Assembly (NCBI RefSeq): GCF_900095195.1
Contig: NZ_LT606950.1
Coordinates: 304,163 to 336,162, forward strand
Source of the DNA: Polynucleobacter necessarius
Lineage (GTDB): Bacteria > Pseudomonadota > Gammaproteobacteria > Burkholderiales > Burkholderiaceae
Direction of reading: 5' to 3'
Length of the DNA stretch: 32,000 nt
In this document: in pieces, positions 1 to 8,379 of the stretch
Numbering within the stretch: position 1 is the first letter of the stretch
Layout: each line of letters opens with the position of its first letter
Notes under the pieces: generated by a model
What the model saw: the letters and a program-made list of their open reading frames with translations, nothing else
The model's database searches: none
What the model was told of the DNA's origin: nothing
Position numbers and translations under genes: made by a program

Positions 1-841
1 GTGCATTAGTTGCAGGAAGTAAACGCATAGACGCAAATGCTTTAGCAATGGCCAAAGATTTAAAAATCGTTCCCAACATTTCAGTGGGCTATAACAATTT
101 TGATGTATCTGCCATTACTGCGGCTGGTGTCATGACAACCAATACACCCGATGTGTTGACCGATACTACCGCTGACTTTGGTTTTGCTTTGCTCATGGCA
201 ACAGCGCGGCGTATCACCGAATCAGAGCATTGGGTGCGCGCTGGCCATTGGGACAAATGGTCGATTGTGAATAACCCACTCGGTATGGATTTGCATCACA
301 GCACAATCGGCATCATTGGTATGGGACGGCATTGGACAGGGTGTTGCTAAACGAGCATTGGGTTTTGGCATGAATGTGATTTATCACAATCGCAGTCGTT
401 TATCGGAAGCGGATGAGAGGGCATGTGGCGCACGCTACGTATCAAAAGAAGAAATTACTACGAACTGTGGATCACGTGGTCCTGGTATTGCCATATACCG
501 CCGAAAGCCATCACACCACTGGAGCTGAAGAGCTTGCCTTCATGAAACCCACGGCAACCCTTATCAATATTGTTCGTGGCGGGATTGTTGATGACTTGGC
601 TTTGGCGCAAGCCCTGAAAGAAAAACGAATATTTGTTGCTAGTCTAGATGTATTTGATGGGGAGCCAAACGTGAATCCTGAGTTACTCAAATTGAGCAAT
701 GTTGTTCTAGCTCCGCACATTGCGAGCGCGACTGAAAAAGCCCACAGAGCCATGGTGGACCTCGCAATCGAAAACTTGCAAGCAGCGTTGGCCGGGAAAA
801 AACCGCCCAGCTTAATTAATGCTGAGGCATTTAAAGGGTAG
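1..841 (+). pseudogene. D-isomer-specific 2-hydroxyacid dehydrogenase (glyoxylate/hydroxypyruvate reductase family), frameshifted; 5' end lies outside the window
   Basis: ORF pieces 48-350, 316-528 and 413-841 are in three different frames. Together they read as one protein: ...NISVGYNNFDV...GIIGMGR|IGQGVAKRALGFGMNVIYHNRS...YVSKEE|LLRTVDHVVLVLPYT... The NAD-binding GxGxxG motif and the catalytic R/E/H motifs (VRGGIVD, DVFDGEP, APHIASAT) are present. The frame is open from base 3. Frame breaks lie near 320-330 and 450-460. Confidence 0.85.
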
Positions 842-886
842 CACTTGTTTCTTGCTTTCGAAAAGGTTGCCGGAGAATATCAATGA

Positions 887-1180
887 TTACTCGGCATCTA
901 CTTCTTCTGGTAAATCGCGTAGTGCTAGCTCAACGCCACCGAATTTTTCAGCAACCCAGTTATAGACTTTGCAAGCAATCCACAGCAAGGCAAAACCCAG
1001 TAACGCATTGAGAATTAATGCGGACAAAACGGTAAATCCAGGGATTGCACCATCTCTGATGAGGGCAACGAATAATGCCAACAGCACGATGGGCACTGAG
1101 AAGCAGAGGTAAACCAATACCAGTGTTTTAGCGGTATGGGTTGGATCGAGAAAGGCGAGTTCTTTTTTGGTAAGTTTCAT
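887..1180 (-). CDS. small hypothetical membrane protein (97 aa; 2-3 hydrophobic helices, acidic C-terminal tail)
   Basis: Trimmed from - strand ORF 887-1210 to the MKLTKKE start (ATG 1180-1178), 13 nt after the moeA stop. Hydrophobic segments are LVLVYLCFSVPIVLLALFVALI and FTVLSALILNALLGFALLWIA. I recognise no family. Confidence 0.45.
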   Translation of the reverse strand: MKLTKKELAFLDPTHTAKTLVLVYLCFSVPIVLLALFVALIRDGAIPGFTVLSALILNALLGFALLWIACKVYNWVAEKFGGVELALRDLPEEVDAE

Positions 1181-1193
1181 GATGACCGCAATC

Positions 1194-2450
1194 TTAAAGC
1201 AGTCCATCAAAAAGCGCTATATCTACTAGGTCACCCGGAGCAACATTTCCTTGGTCGTGACCCAGAATGACAAAACAGTTTGCCTCGCTCATGGAGCGCA
1301 AAATGCCCACCCCTTGACTGCCAGTCAGTCGCACACTTGGCTTGCCATCAGCATTGCGCCCCAAGATGGCGCGTTGAAATTCGGTGCGACCAGGTTTCTT
1401 ACGAATCGCTGTTTCGGCAATCGCTTGAACTAGTGGAGGCATTGTTTGAGTGGCCCCATTGAGTTGCAGCAGTGCGCTGCGAACGAGCTGATAAAAAGTC
1501 ACCATAACGGCAACAGGGTTACCTGGTAAACCAAAAAATAGGGTTTTGCGGGCAGGCGATTTTCCAGAAGCCAACATCACCCAGTTCTTGCATGATTTGT
1601 TTGGTGAAGTCTGCTTCACCAACAGAGACGCCACCAGATGAAATTAATACATCGGCTTTAGAGACTGCTTCGATGAATGCTTGTTTTAGTGAAGCAGGAT
1701 CATCACGCACAATTCCACAATCGATAATGTCTAGATCTAGACGATTGAGTAAGCCAGTAAGACTGTAACGATTGCTGTCATAGATGCTGCCAGGATCCAG
1801 GGTCTGACCCAAGGAACGTAATTCATCTCCCGAAGACAAAATAGCGACTTTGAGCTTGCGCCGAACATGAAGCGTGGCGATACCAAGGGATGCTGCCAAT
1901 CCTAAATCCGAGGGTCGCAATAACCGACCAGCAGCAATTGCAGGTTTGCCTTGTTGTAAATCCTCGCCACGCAGGCGACGATTTTCCCCTGCCTTCAATT
2001 GATTTGACTGAAATCGAACGAATTGATTGTCGTTGCTCGTTGTGAATTCCTGAGGGATCACGGTGTCGCAATCCGCAGGCATGACGGCGCCTGTCATGAT
2101 TTTGAGGCATTCACCTTGAGCAATTTTGCCCTCGTAAGGTTTGCCAGCCAAAGCAGTGCCAACAATCTTTAATGAGATCTCAGCGCTATTTTGATTCAGG
2201 CATTGGCCATTAAATACAAAGCCATCCATCGCTGAGTTATCAGCAACGGGACATCAATGGGTGAAAGGAGATCGCGCGCTAGAACCCGATTAATTGCTTG
2301 ATCTAGTGGAACACTCTCGATATCGGCAGGATCATTGATTGCAGCGGATTCTTGGAGTAATTCATCGACAAGATCTGCAATCGCCTGACGAGCTTCATCA
2401 ACATGAAGTGATGACGTCAGCAAGATGGGGTTATTGGGAGAATGCTTCAT
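1194..2450 (-). pseudogene. moeA: molybdopterin molybdenumtransferase MoeA, disrupted by at least two frame breaks and a small internal deletion
   Basis: Three - strand ORF pieces (2196-2450, 1519-2229, 1194-1634) are collinear with MoeA: ...SPIDVP|..MDGFVFNG...ISSGGVSVGEADF...GFWKIA|..LFFGLPGNPVAV...DIALFDGLL. Breaks lie near 2225-2250 and 1530-1580. Only about 9 codons separate FWKIA from GLPGNPV, against 18 in E. coli MoeA. Confidence 0.9.
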
Positions 2451-3050
2451 GCTGAAATGGCTTCTAGTGATTTCAATTCTTCTAGAGTATTGACGTTTGC
2501 AAATACTTGCTCATCGTCGAATACGACAGTGCTGCTCTTAATTTCTTGAAACCAACGATCAATTTTGAAATCGCCTTTACGCAAAAAAGCATCCAACGAT
2601 TCTTGTAAATTAGCGCGCATTAGGCAGAACACTGGTTGTGCCCAAACCCTGTCATCGACACCTTTGGTCGAGGCATAAACCAATTGAAAATCGCCACGTT
2701 CAAGTTCGGCGGTAAGCTTTATGCCGAGATTTTGGGGCAATAGCGGTGAGTCACAGGGTGTGGTTAGTAGGTATGGTTTTACAGGCCTTGAGCCCCACCG
2801 AGAATCCTGCAAGTGGCCCAGAAAAATCGGGGGTCTCATCCAGAATTACTGGGTAGCTATAGACGGCGTATTTGGTGATATTACGGTTGGCGTTAATCAG
2901 GATGGATCCAACCTGGGGCCTTAGGCGGGAGATGGTCGATTCAATTAAGGGTTTTTGGTGAAATGGAATTAATCCTTTATCGATTCCGCCCATTCGTTGG
3001 GCACGACCGCCAGCCAGAATGAGTCCGGTTATATTTTTAGCAGTAATCAT
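2447..3050 (-). pseudogene. mobA: molybdenum cofactor guanylyltransferase MobA, frameshifted
   Basis: The N-terminal piece (2751-3050) reads MITAKNITGLILAGGRAQRMGGIDKGLIPF...GPLAGFSVGLKACKT. The C-terminal piece (2447-2839), in another frame, reads YLLTTPCDSPLLPQNL... The break is at the A4/CC run near 2772-2780. The stop overlaps the moeA ATG (ATGA). Confidence 0.85.
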
Positions 3051-3052
3051 TA

Positions 3053-3750
3053 GCCACCAATGTAAGACATTTCAACTTTACGAGAATTGGATTTCAGACC
3101 TTCCGTTTGCGAGCCCCGAATTTCAGAATAGTGATTATTGCGTCCAGACCAGGTATTCATGATGGCGTTCGCAATTTCTAAATCGGTTTTATCAGAGCGC
3201 AATAAGGATTTGAAACAAACCCCTCATTCGCAAACAAACATAGATACATTTGGCCATCAGTAGAAATGCGTGCACGCGTGCATTCATGGCAGAAGGTTTG
3301 TGTCACGCTGGATATCATCTGATTCATCTGCATAACGCCAACGCTGGGCTACCTCACCAGGGTAGTTTGGTTCCATTGACTCCAGCGGAAATGTTGCATG
3401 GATCCTCGAGATAACCTCTTTAGATGGCAATACTTTTGCCATATTCCAACCATTCGAGCTACCAACGTCCATAAATTCGATGAAGCGCAAAATAATACCG
3501 CTGCCCTTGAAATGGTTTGCCATTGGCACGATCTCGTGATCGTTCGTTCCTTTTTTCACCACAATATTGACTTTGATGTTCTCAAAGCCAGCGTCTTGCG
3601 CGGCAGCAATGTCATCCAAAACATCGGCCACCGAAAATCAACATCGTTCATTTTGCGAAAGATGTCATCGTTCAAACCATCGAGACTGACGGTTAGCCTT
3701 TGCAATCCCGCTGCTTTTAAGGAAACTGCTTTTTTGCGCAAGATGCTACC
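3053..3750 (-). pseudogene. moaA: GTP 3',8-cyclase MoaA, 3' two-thirds (5' part is at 11050-11282 on the other strand); three further frameshifts
   Basis: The - strand reads (G)[38 protein letters not shown]|[25 protein letters not shown]...[15 protein letters not shown]|[31 protein letters not shown]|[34 protein letters not shown]...RKVEMSYIGG*. Frame breaks lie near 3631, 3312 and 3217-3223. The canonical C-terminal CxxCxRxR and IGG tail are present. Confidence 0.85.
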
Positions 3751-3815
3751 ACCCGCTTCAAAGCGCTTGGATCTGCCGATAACTCCACTTGAGGTAAAAC
3801 TTGATTACGATTCAT
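3751..3815 (-). pseudogene. yceD: 5' fragment (about 21 codons) of yceD (DUF177), detached from the rest of the gene by the inversion
   Basis: The - strand from ATG 3815-3813 reads [22 protein letters not shown]. This continues in frame with [26 protein letters not shown]... starting at 11283 on the + strand. Confidence 0.55.
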
Positions 3816-3867
3816 GACATCAGTCCAAATCAAGGCAAGTGCAAAATCTGCAGTAATCACTAAATTC

Positions 3868-4464
3868 ATGAGTTCATCGAATAACCCACCGTTAATTTTG
3901 GCATCCACTTCGGTCTACCGTCGCGAGCTTTTAACTCGCTTACGCATTCCATTCGAAGTGGTCTCACCCAAGGTCGATGAGACACCACTTACTGGCGAGA
4001 CCACGCTGGACCTAGCGTTGCGATTGGCGAACGCCAAAGCTGCAGCAGTTGCAAAAATACACCCCGATACCTGGGTCATTGGCTCTGATCAGGTTGCCGA
4101 TCTTTGTGGTGCTGCGATAGGTAAACCCGGAAATTTTGATAGAGCGCTTGCACAACTTCAACTCATGCGCGGGCAAACCATCACCTTTCATACTGCACTC
4201 TGCTTGATGAAAAACGATGTTCACACCACCCTGAGCATTCCCACGGAAGTGACTTTTCGCAAACTCTCCGACGATGTTCTAGAGAATTATTTGCGCGCAG
4301 AAGAGCCCTACGACTGCGCGGGAAGCGCAAAGTCTGAAGGCCTCGGAATCAGTCTATTGGAGGCGATTAAAAGCGATGATCCAACCGCCCTAATTGGCTT
4401 GCCACTCATTGCGCTGACGGGTTTATTGCGAGATGCAGGTTTCGCTATTCCGGCTACCAAATAG
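3868..4464 (+). CDS. maf: Maf-like nucleoside triphosphate pyrophosphatase (septum formation inhibitor family)
   Basis: ORF 3814-4464. The family N-terminus MSSSNNPPLILASTSVYRRELL begins at 3868. The ATG at 3814 is a possible longer start. Confidence 0.85.
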   Translation: MSSSNNPPLILASTSVYRRELLTRLRIPFEVVSPKVDETPLTGETTLDLALRLANAKAAAVAKIHPDTWVIGSDQVADLCGAAIGKPGNFDRALAQLQLMRGQTITFHTALCLMKNDVHTTLSIPTEVTFRKLSDDVLENYLRAEEPYDCAGSAKSEGLGISLLEAIKSDDPTALIGLPLIALTGLLRDAGFAIPATK

Positions 4465-4467
4465 ATT

Positions 4468-5238
4468 ATGGCAACGCTCGGCACACTCTATTTAATTCCG
4501 AATACTTTAGGCAATGACGCTCGTGCAGAGCAATTACCTTGGGTCTTATCAAGTGAGACGATTGCCTGTACTGCAAAGCTGCGGCATTGGATTGCCGAAG
4601 ATGCTAAAACAGCGCGGGCATTTTTAAAAGCAATCGATAGCATCTCACCACTCGCTTGCGCCATTCAAGAAATGCAAATGTCGGAATGGCGCGGCACATC
4701 CCGTCATGCAAAGTATGGTGACGCCGTTAAACCTGCTGACTTACTCAAACCATTACTGGCTGGTAACGATATGGGTTTGATGTCCGAAGCAGGTGTTCCA
4801 GGCGTCGCTGATCCTGGTGCTGAATTGGTTCTCGCGGCCCATCGCTTCTGTGCGCAAGTCAAACCATTAGTGGGGCCAAGCTCGATCCTGCTTGGCCTGA
4901 TGGCAAGTGGTCTTAACGGTCAGCGCTTTGCTTTTCAAGGCTACCTCCCGCAGGGAGCTCCAGAGCGAAGCGCCAAACTCAAACAACTTGAGACTGAGTC
5001 CCGCAAATTGAAACAAACCCAGATTTGGATCGAGACGCCGTACCGCAATACCGCCATGCTGCTGGCGTGCACTCAAGCGTTAGCACCGCAAACATTGCTT
5101 TGCCTTGGTGTAGACCTTAGCCTTCCATCGGAGATGATTGCCACACTCTTCATTGCAGAGTGGCGCAAGCGCTACCCAAATGAAGCGGCCTGCGCAGCAC
5201 TACAAAATAGGCCAACGGTATTTCTGCTGTTGGCCTAG
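4468..5238 (+). CDS. SAM-dependent methyltransferase, tetrapyrrole-methylase (RsmI/YraL-like) fold
   Basis: Intact 256-aa ORF with motifs GTLYLIPNTLG, SEAGVPGVADPG, GPSSILLGLMASGLNGQRFAFQGYLP and ETPYRN. It starts 3 nt after maf. Confidence 0.7.
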   Translation: MATLGTLYLIPNTLGNDARAEQLPWVLSSETIACTAKLRHWIAEDAKTARAFLKAIDSISPLACAIQEMQMSEWRGTSRHAKYGDAVKPADLLKPLLAGNDMGLMSEAGVPGVADPGAELVLAAHRFCAQVKPLVGPSSILLGLMASGLNGQRFAFQGYLPQGAPERSAKLKQLETESRKLKQTQIWIETPYRNTAMLLACTQALAPQTLLCLGVDLSLPSEMIATLFIAEWRKRYPNEAACAALQNRPTVFLLLA

Positions 5239-5267
5239 TGATTCATTCATTAAATATATTCTGACTA

Positions 5268-6215
5268 TTACTTGAGGTCTGGTGATTTGACCAAGGCCTT
5301 GCCCGCTGCTGCACCTGCCTCAGCACCAAAACGTTTGGCGACGCGCTCCGCAAAGTTTTCTTTCATGGTGTAGTCCAGTACATCGGGCGCCTTAAAGATG
5401 TCGCGAGCAACCGAGTCAACTGTGCCATAACCATCTACCAAGCCCAACTTAACTGCCTGCTCACCATTCCAAATGCGACCTGAAAATAAATCGGGTGCAT
5501 CCTTTAAGCGATCACCACGACCCTCTTTCACTACCTGAATAAATTGTTGGTGAATTTCGTCGATCATCTTTTTCACCATCTCGACTTGCTTGGGCTCTTC
5601 CTTGCTAAAAGGATCGAGCATGCCTTTGTTTGATCCAGCGGTAATCATGCGTCGTGTGACGCCCAACTTATCCATCAAACCAGTAAAACCAAAGCCCTCC
5701 ATGATCACTCCAATGGAACCCACCAAGCTCGCTTTATCGACCAGAATTTGATCTGCGGCAACCGCCGCATAGTAACCACCGGATGCGCAGATATCCTCCA
5801 CCACTACATAAAATGGCTTCTTGGGATAAAGCTTACGTAAGCGGTGAATCTCATCATTAATCATGCCCGCTTGAACTGGCGAACCCCCTGGACTGTTTAT
5901 GCGCAAAATGACGCCGGCACTATGTTCATTTTCAAATGCCGATACCAAAGAAGAATTGATATCCATCGCATTGGCCATCGAGCTAGATGAGATTTCTCCC
6001 TCCAAAGTCACCATCGCTGTATGTCGCTCAACGCCCATGCCACGACCAGGAATATGAAAATCAAATACCACGAGCACCACTGCAATAATCACCAACAAAG
6101 TCAGTACACGAAGTACCGCTTTCCAGCGACGCGCCTTACGAGTCTCTTTGAGATTCTCTAAGAGCAAATATTCTAGGGCTTGACGCTCCCAGTTTGGATT
6201 GGAGTTATTTTCCAT
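5268..6215 (-). CDS. sppA: signal peptide peptidase SppA, 36K type (peptidase S49)
   Basis: ORF 5268-6281 trimmed to the MENNSNPNWERQ start, which has an AGAGGA Shine-Dalgarno sequence 6 nt upstream. It has an N-terminal TM helix and S49 motifs INSPGGSP and ASGGYY. Confidence 0.85.
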   Translation of the reverse strand: MENNSNPNWERQALEYLLLENLKETRKARRWKAVLRVLTLLVIIAVVLVVFDFHIPGRGMGVERHTAMVTLEGEISSSSMANAMDINSSLVSAFENEHSAGVILRINSPGGSPVQAGMINDEIHRLRKLYPKKPFYVVVEDICASGGYYAAVAADQILVDKASLVGSIGVIMEGFGFTGLMDKLGVTRRMITAGSNKGMLDPFSKEEPKQVEMVKKMIDEIHQQFIQVVKEGRGDRLKDAPDLFSGRIWNGEQAVKLGLVDGYGTVDSVARDIFKAPDVLDYTMKENFAERVAKRFGAEAGAAAGKALVKSPDLK

Positions 6216-6225
6216 ATGGATTCCT

Positions 6226-6888
6226 CTATAGATTCTTTTCAAGCCATTGAGCCAGTTGCGGAACATCATCGACATGCGCAAGCGATGGCGATGCTTTTAA
6301 CGTATCTGGTGGGTGGGCACCATAGGTCACCGCAATGGCATCAACGCCGGCATTGGCTGCCATATCTAAATCGTGAGTCGTATCCCCGATCATCAACATC
6401 CGACGCGTAGGCACTTGGGTTGCATCGGATAGCTCGAGCAGCATTCCCGGATGGGGTTTGGAGAAAGACTCATCCGCTGTGCGTGTTTCGTGAAAGAGAT
6501 GTCCAATCTGATGGTGCTTAAGCGAACGGTCTAGACCAACGCGCGATTTGCCAGTAGCTACCCCCAAGAGATACTGATCGCTTCGGAGCTTTTCTAGTAA
6601 CTCACGAATACCCACAAACAAATCCAGTTCGTGATCTTTTGCTAAATAGTGATAACGAAAACGATCCGTCAACTTTGGAAAGTGCACTGGTTCAATCCAT
6701 GGGACTGCGCGTCGCAACGAATCCTGGATGCCTAACCCAATCACCGAGCTGGCCAAAGAATCATCCGGCTCTTGAAAACCCAAATCGCGGCACACTTGCT
6801 GAATGCAGTGCACGATCGTTGGCGTGGAATCCATAATCGTGCCGTCCCAATCCCAAATAGCGACGATTGGCTTCGATCCTTCAGACAT
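6226..6888 (-). CDS. HAD-superfamily hydrolase, phosphoglycolate phosphatase-like
   Basis: 220-aa ORF with the DxDxT motif (WDWDGTIMDS), a conserved GKSR and the distal GDTTHD motif. Confidence 0.8.
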   Translation of the reverse strand: MSEGSKPIVAIWDWDGTIMDSTPTIVHCIQQVCRDLGFQEPDDSLASSVIGLGIQDSLRRAVPWIEPVHFPKLTDRFRYHYLAKDHELDLFVGIRELLEKLRSDQYLLGVATGKSRVGLDRSLKHHQIGHLFHETRTADESFSKPHPGMLLELSDATQVPTRRMLMIGDTTHDLDMAANAGVDAIAVTYGAHPPDTLKASPSLAHVDDVPQLAQWLEKNL

Positions 6889-6911
6889 TGTTCATGCGTT
6901 TCAGTTGCGTT

Positions 6912-7919
6912 TTATTGCTCAAAATTTTGCATCATGGCAGTAAATTCTGCTGGCAGCGGTGATTCAATTCGCATCTTTTCACCAGTACGAGGGTGCGTAA
7001 AACCCGCCAAGTGTGCATGCAAATATAAGCGCTTCGATTTAATAAGCTTATCTTGGTCTTCAAATCCATATTTATCGTCGCCCAAAATCGCATGACCTAA
7101 TTTTTGCAGATGTACCCGAATTTGATGAGTGCGGCCCGTTTTCAGCTGCGCCTCAGCCAGCGTCATGGCAGCGTCTGCGCGCGTAAATATTTTGGTAACA
7201 CGCAAAGCCGTATGGCTGGGTAATCCATCGGGATCCACTCGCACCCTTCTCTCACCATTGGCAAGGAGATATTTATGCAAAGGGTATTTCAATTGCATCA
7301 CTTGCGCACCCTGCTGAATTTCACCGTGTGCCAGTAAATAGTAGCGCTTGTCCGTTTGACCCTCACGAATTTGGCGATGCAATTCCACGAGCGCACTGCG
7401 CTTTTTTGCCAGCAGCAATACTCCGGAAGTATCGCGATCGAGGCGATGAACCAATTCCAAGAATTTCAATTTTGGTCGAGCAATCCGCAACGCCTCAATT
7501 ACACCCAAGGCAATCCCGGAGCCGCCGTGTACCGCCAATCCAGCAGGCTTATCCACAATTAGTAATGCCTCATCCTCAAACAAAATGGGCATCTTCTCAG
7601 AAAAGCCTCGGGCACGAGATTTGGTTTTGGCAGTATTAACTGCCGCCATTTGGGCTGGCTCGGCAATTCGGACCGGGGGAATTCGTACAACATCTCCCTC
7701 AATCAAGCGAGTCGTTGGCTCAGCCCGTTTTTTGTTAATCCGAACCTCACCCGAGCGAATAATCCGATAAACGTGACTTTTGGGGGCTCCTTTGGCCCAA
7801 CGCAGTAAATAGTTATCCAAACGCTGACCAGCTTCCTCTGGACCAATGGTTTGCAAATGGACTGCAGCGGGAGGGGGCGTTTTTACCTTGGAAGGCTTGG
7901 ATACTGGGTCGGATTTCAT
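6912..7919 (-). CDS. rluC: 23S rRNA pseudouridine synthase, RluC type (RluA family with N-terminal S4 domain)
   Basis: 335-aa ORF with an S4-like domain (RLDNYLLR...RIIRSGEVRINKKR) and the catalytic motif HRLDRDTSGVLLLAK. It is divergent from rne, as in many proteobacteria. Confidence 0.85.
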   Translation of the reverse strand: MKSDPVSKPSKVKTPPPAAVHLQTIGPEEAGQRLDNYLLRWAKGAPKSHVYRIIRSGEVRINKKRAEPTTRLIEGDVVRIPPVRIAEPAQMAAVNTAKTKSRARGFSEKMPILFEDEALLIVDKPAGLAVHGGSGIALGVIEALRIARPKLKFLELVHRLDRDTSGVLLLAKKRSALVELHRQIREGQTDKRYYLLAHGEIQQGAQVMQLKYPLHKYLLANGERRVRVDPDGLPSHTALRVTKIFTRADAAMTLAEAQLKTGRTHQIRVHLQKLGHAILGDDKYGFEDQDKLIKSKRLYLHAHLAGFTHPRTGEKMRIESPLPAEFTAMMQNFEQ

Positions 7920-8379
7920 GATTTTGCTCCCTTGTCGCCTCGGAAAAAGACGATAAGGGACTCAACAATACCCCATTGTCATTCAACTTATGCCGTACAA
8001 TCAACGCTCTAGCCAATTTATTCGCTAGATACCCGCCAAAAAAATGGCGTGAATTGTGGGGCTTGGAGTCGCCTTTTAATAGACTCTCGGGGTTGCCCCT
8101 CCCCCGTTGCAATGAGGCACAGGGTTGGTGTGCCGTATGCCGCGACCCGCGATTAGATGACAGTTTTCAGGCGCGCGCCTGCATGGATGACCTAAAGGAG
8201 GTCTCTGCGGCGATCGTCAAGTGTGGCACCGATTTAACCAACAGTTAACGAGGTGAACTAGGAAAAAAGTGCCTTATTTGCATGATCCACACTCATACAC
8301 CGCCATAGGCTTGCCTATGCGGCCAATAACTGACCCCTAACGCATCGCGCTACTCCCACCTCCCCCATAGGAGAGTGTT
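7920..8379 (+). promoter_or_regulatory. rluC/rne divergent control region and long structured rne 5' leader (candidate autoregulatory UTR)
   Basis: This is a 460-bp non-coding gap upstream of rne. It contains hairpins at 8116-8134 (GGCACA/TGTGCC) and 8300-8322 (9-bp stem, CTTG loop) and a 14-nt GC palindrome at 8168-8181. An AGGAGAG Shine-Dalgarno sequence ends at 8373, 6 nt before the ATG at 8380. E. coli rne is known to carry a ~360-nt regulatory leader. The promoter position is not resolved here. Confidence 0.35.

Noticed and set aside
1194-3750. Programmed ribosomal frameshifting or recoding as an explanation for the split moeA, mobA, moaA and pdxJ frames.
   Set aside because: There are multiple independent breaks per gene, an in-frame stop, internal deletions and a physical gene split. 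No slippery-heptamer-plus-structure signals are evident. Pseudogenisation is the simpler explanation.
3700-3870. Looked for an IS element, transposase, integrase or inverted repeats at the inversion junctions (also at 11260-11340).
   Set aside because: Both junctions join moaA sequence directly to yceD sequence with only a GG microhomology. There is no extra DNA, no terminal repeats and no target-site duplication.
7813-8248. ORFs of 99 aa (-) and 90 aa (+) in the rluC-rne spacer, considered as possible small proteins.
   Set aside because: They have no Shine-Dalgarno sequence, a biased composition and overlap each other. The region is better explained as the structured rne leader and divergent promoter region.
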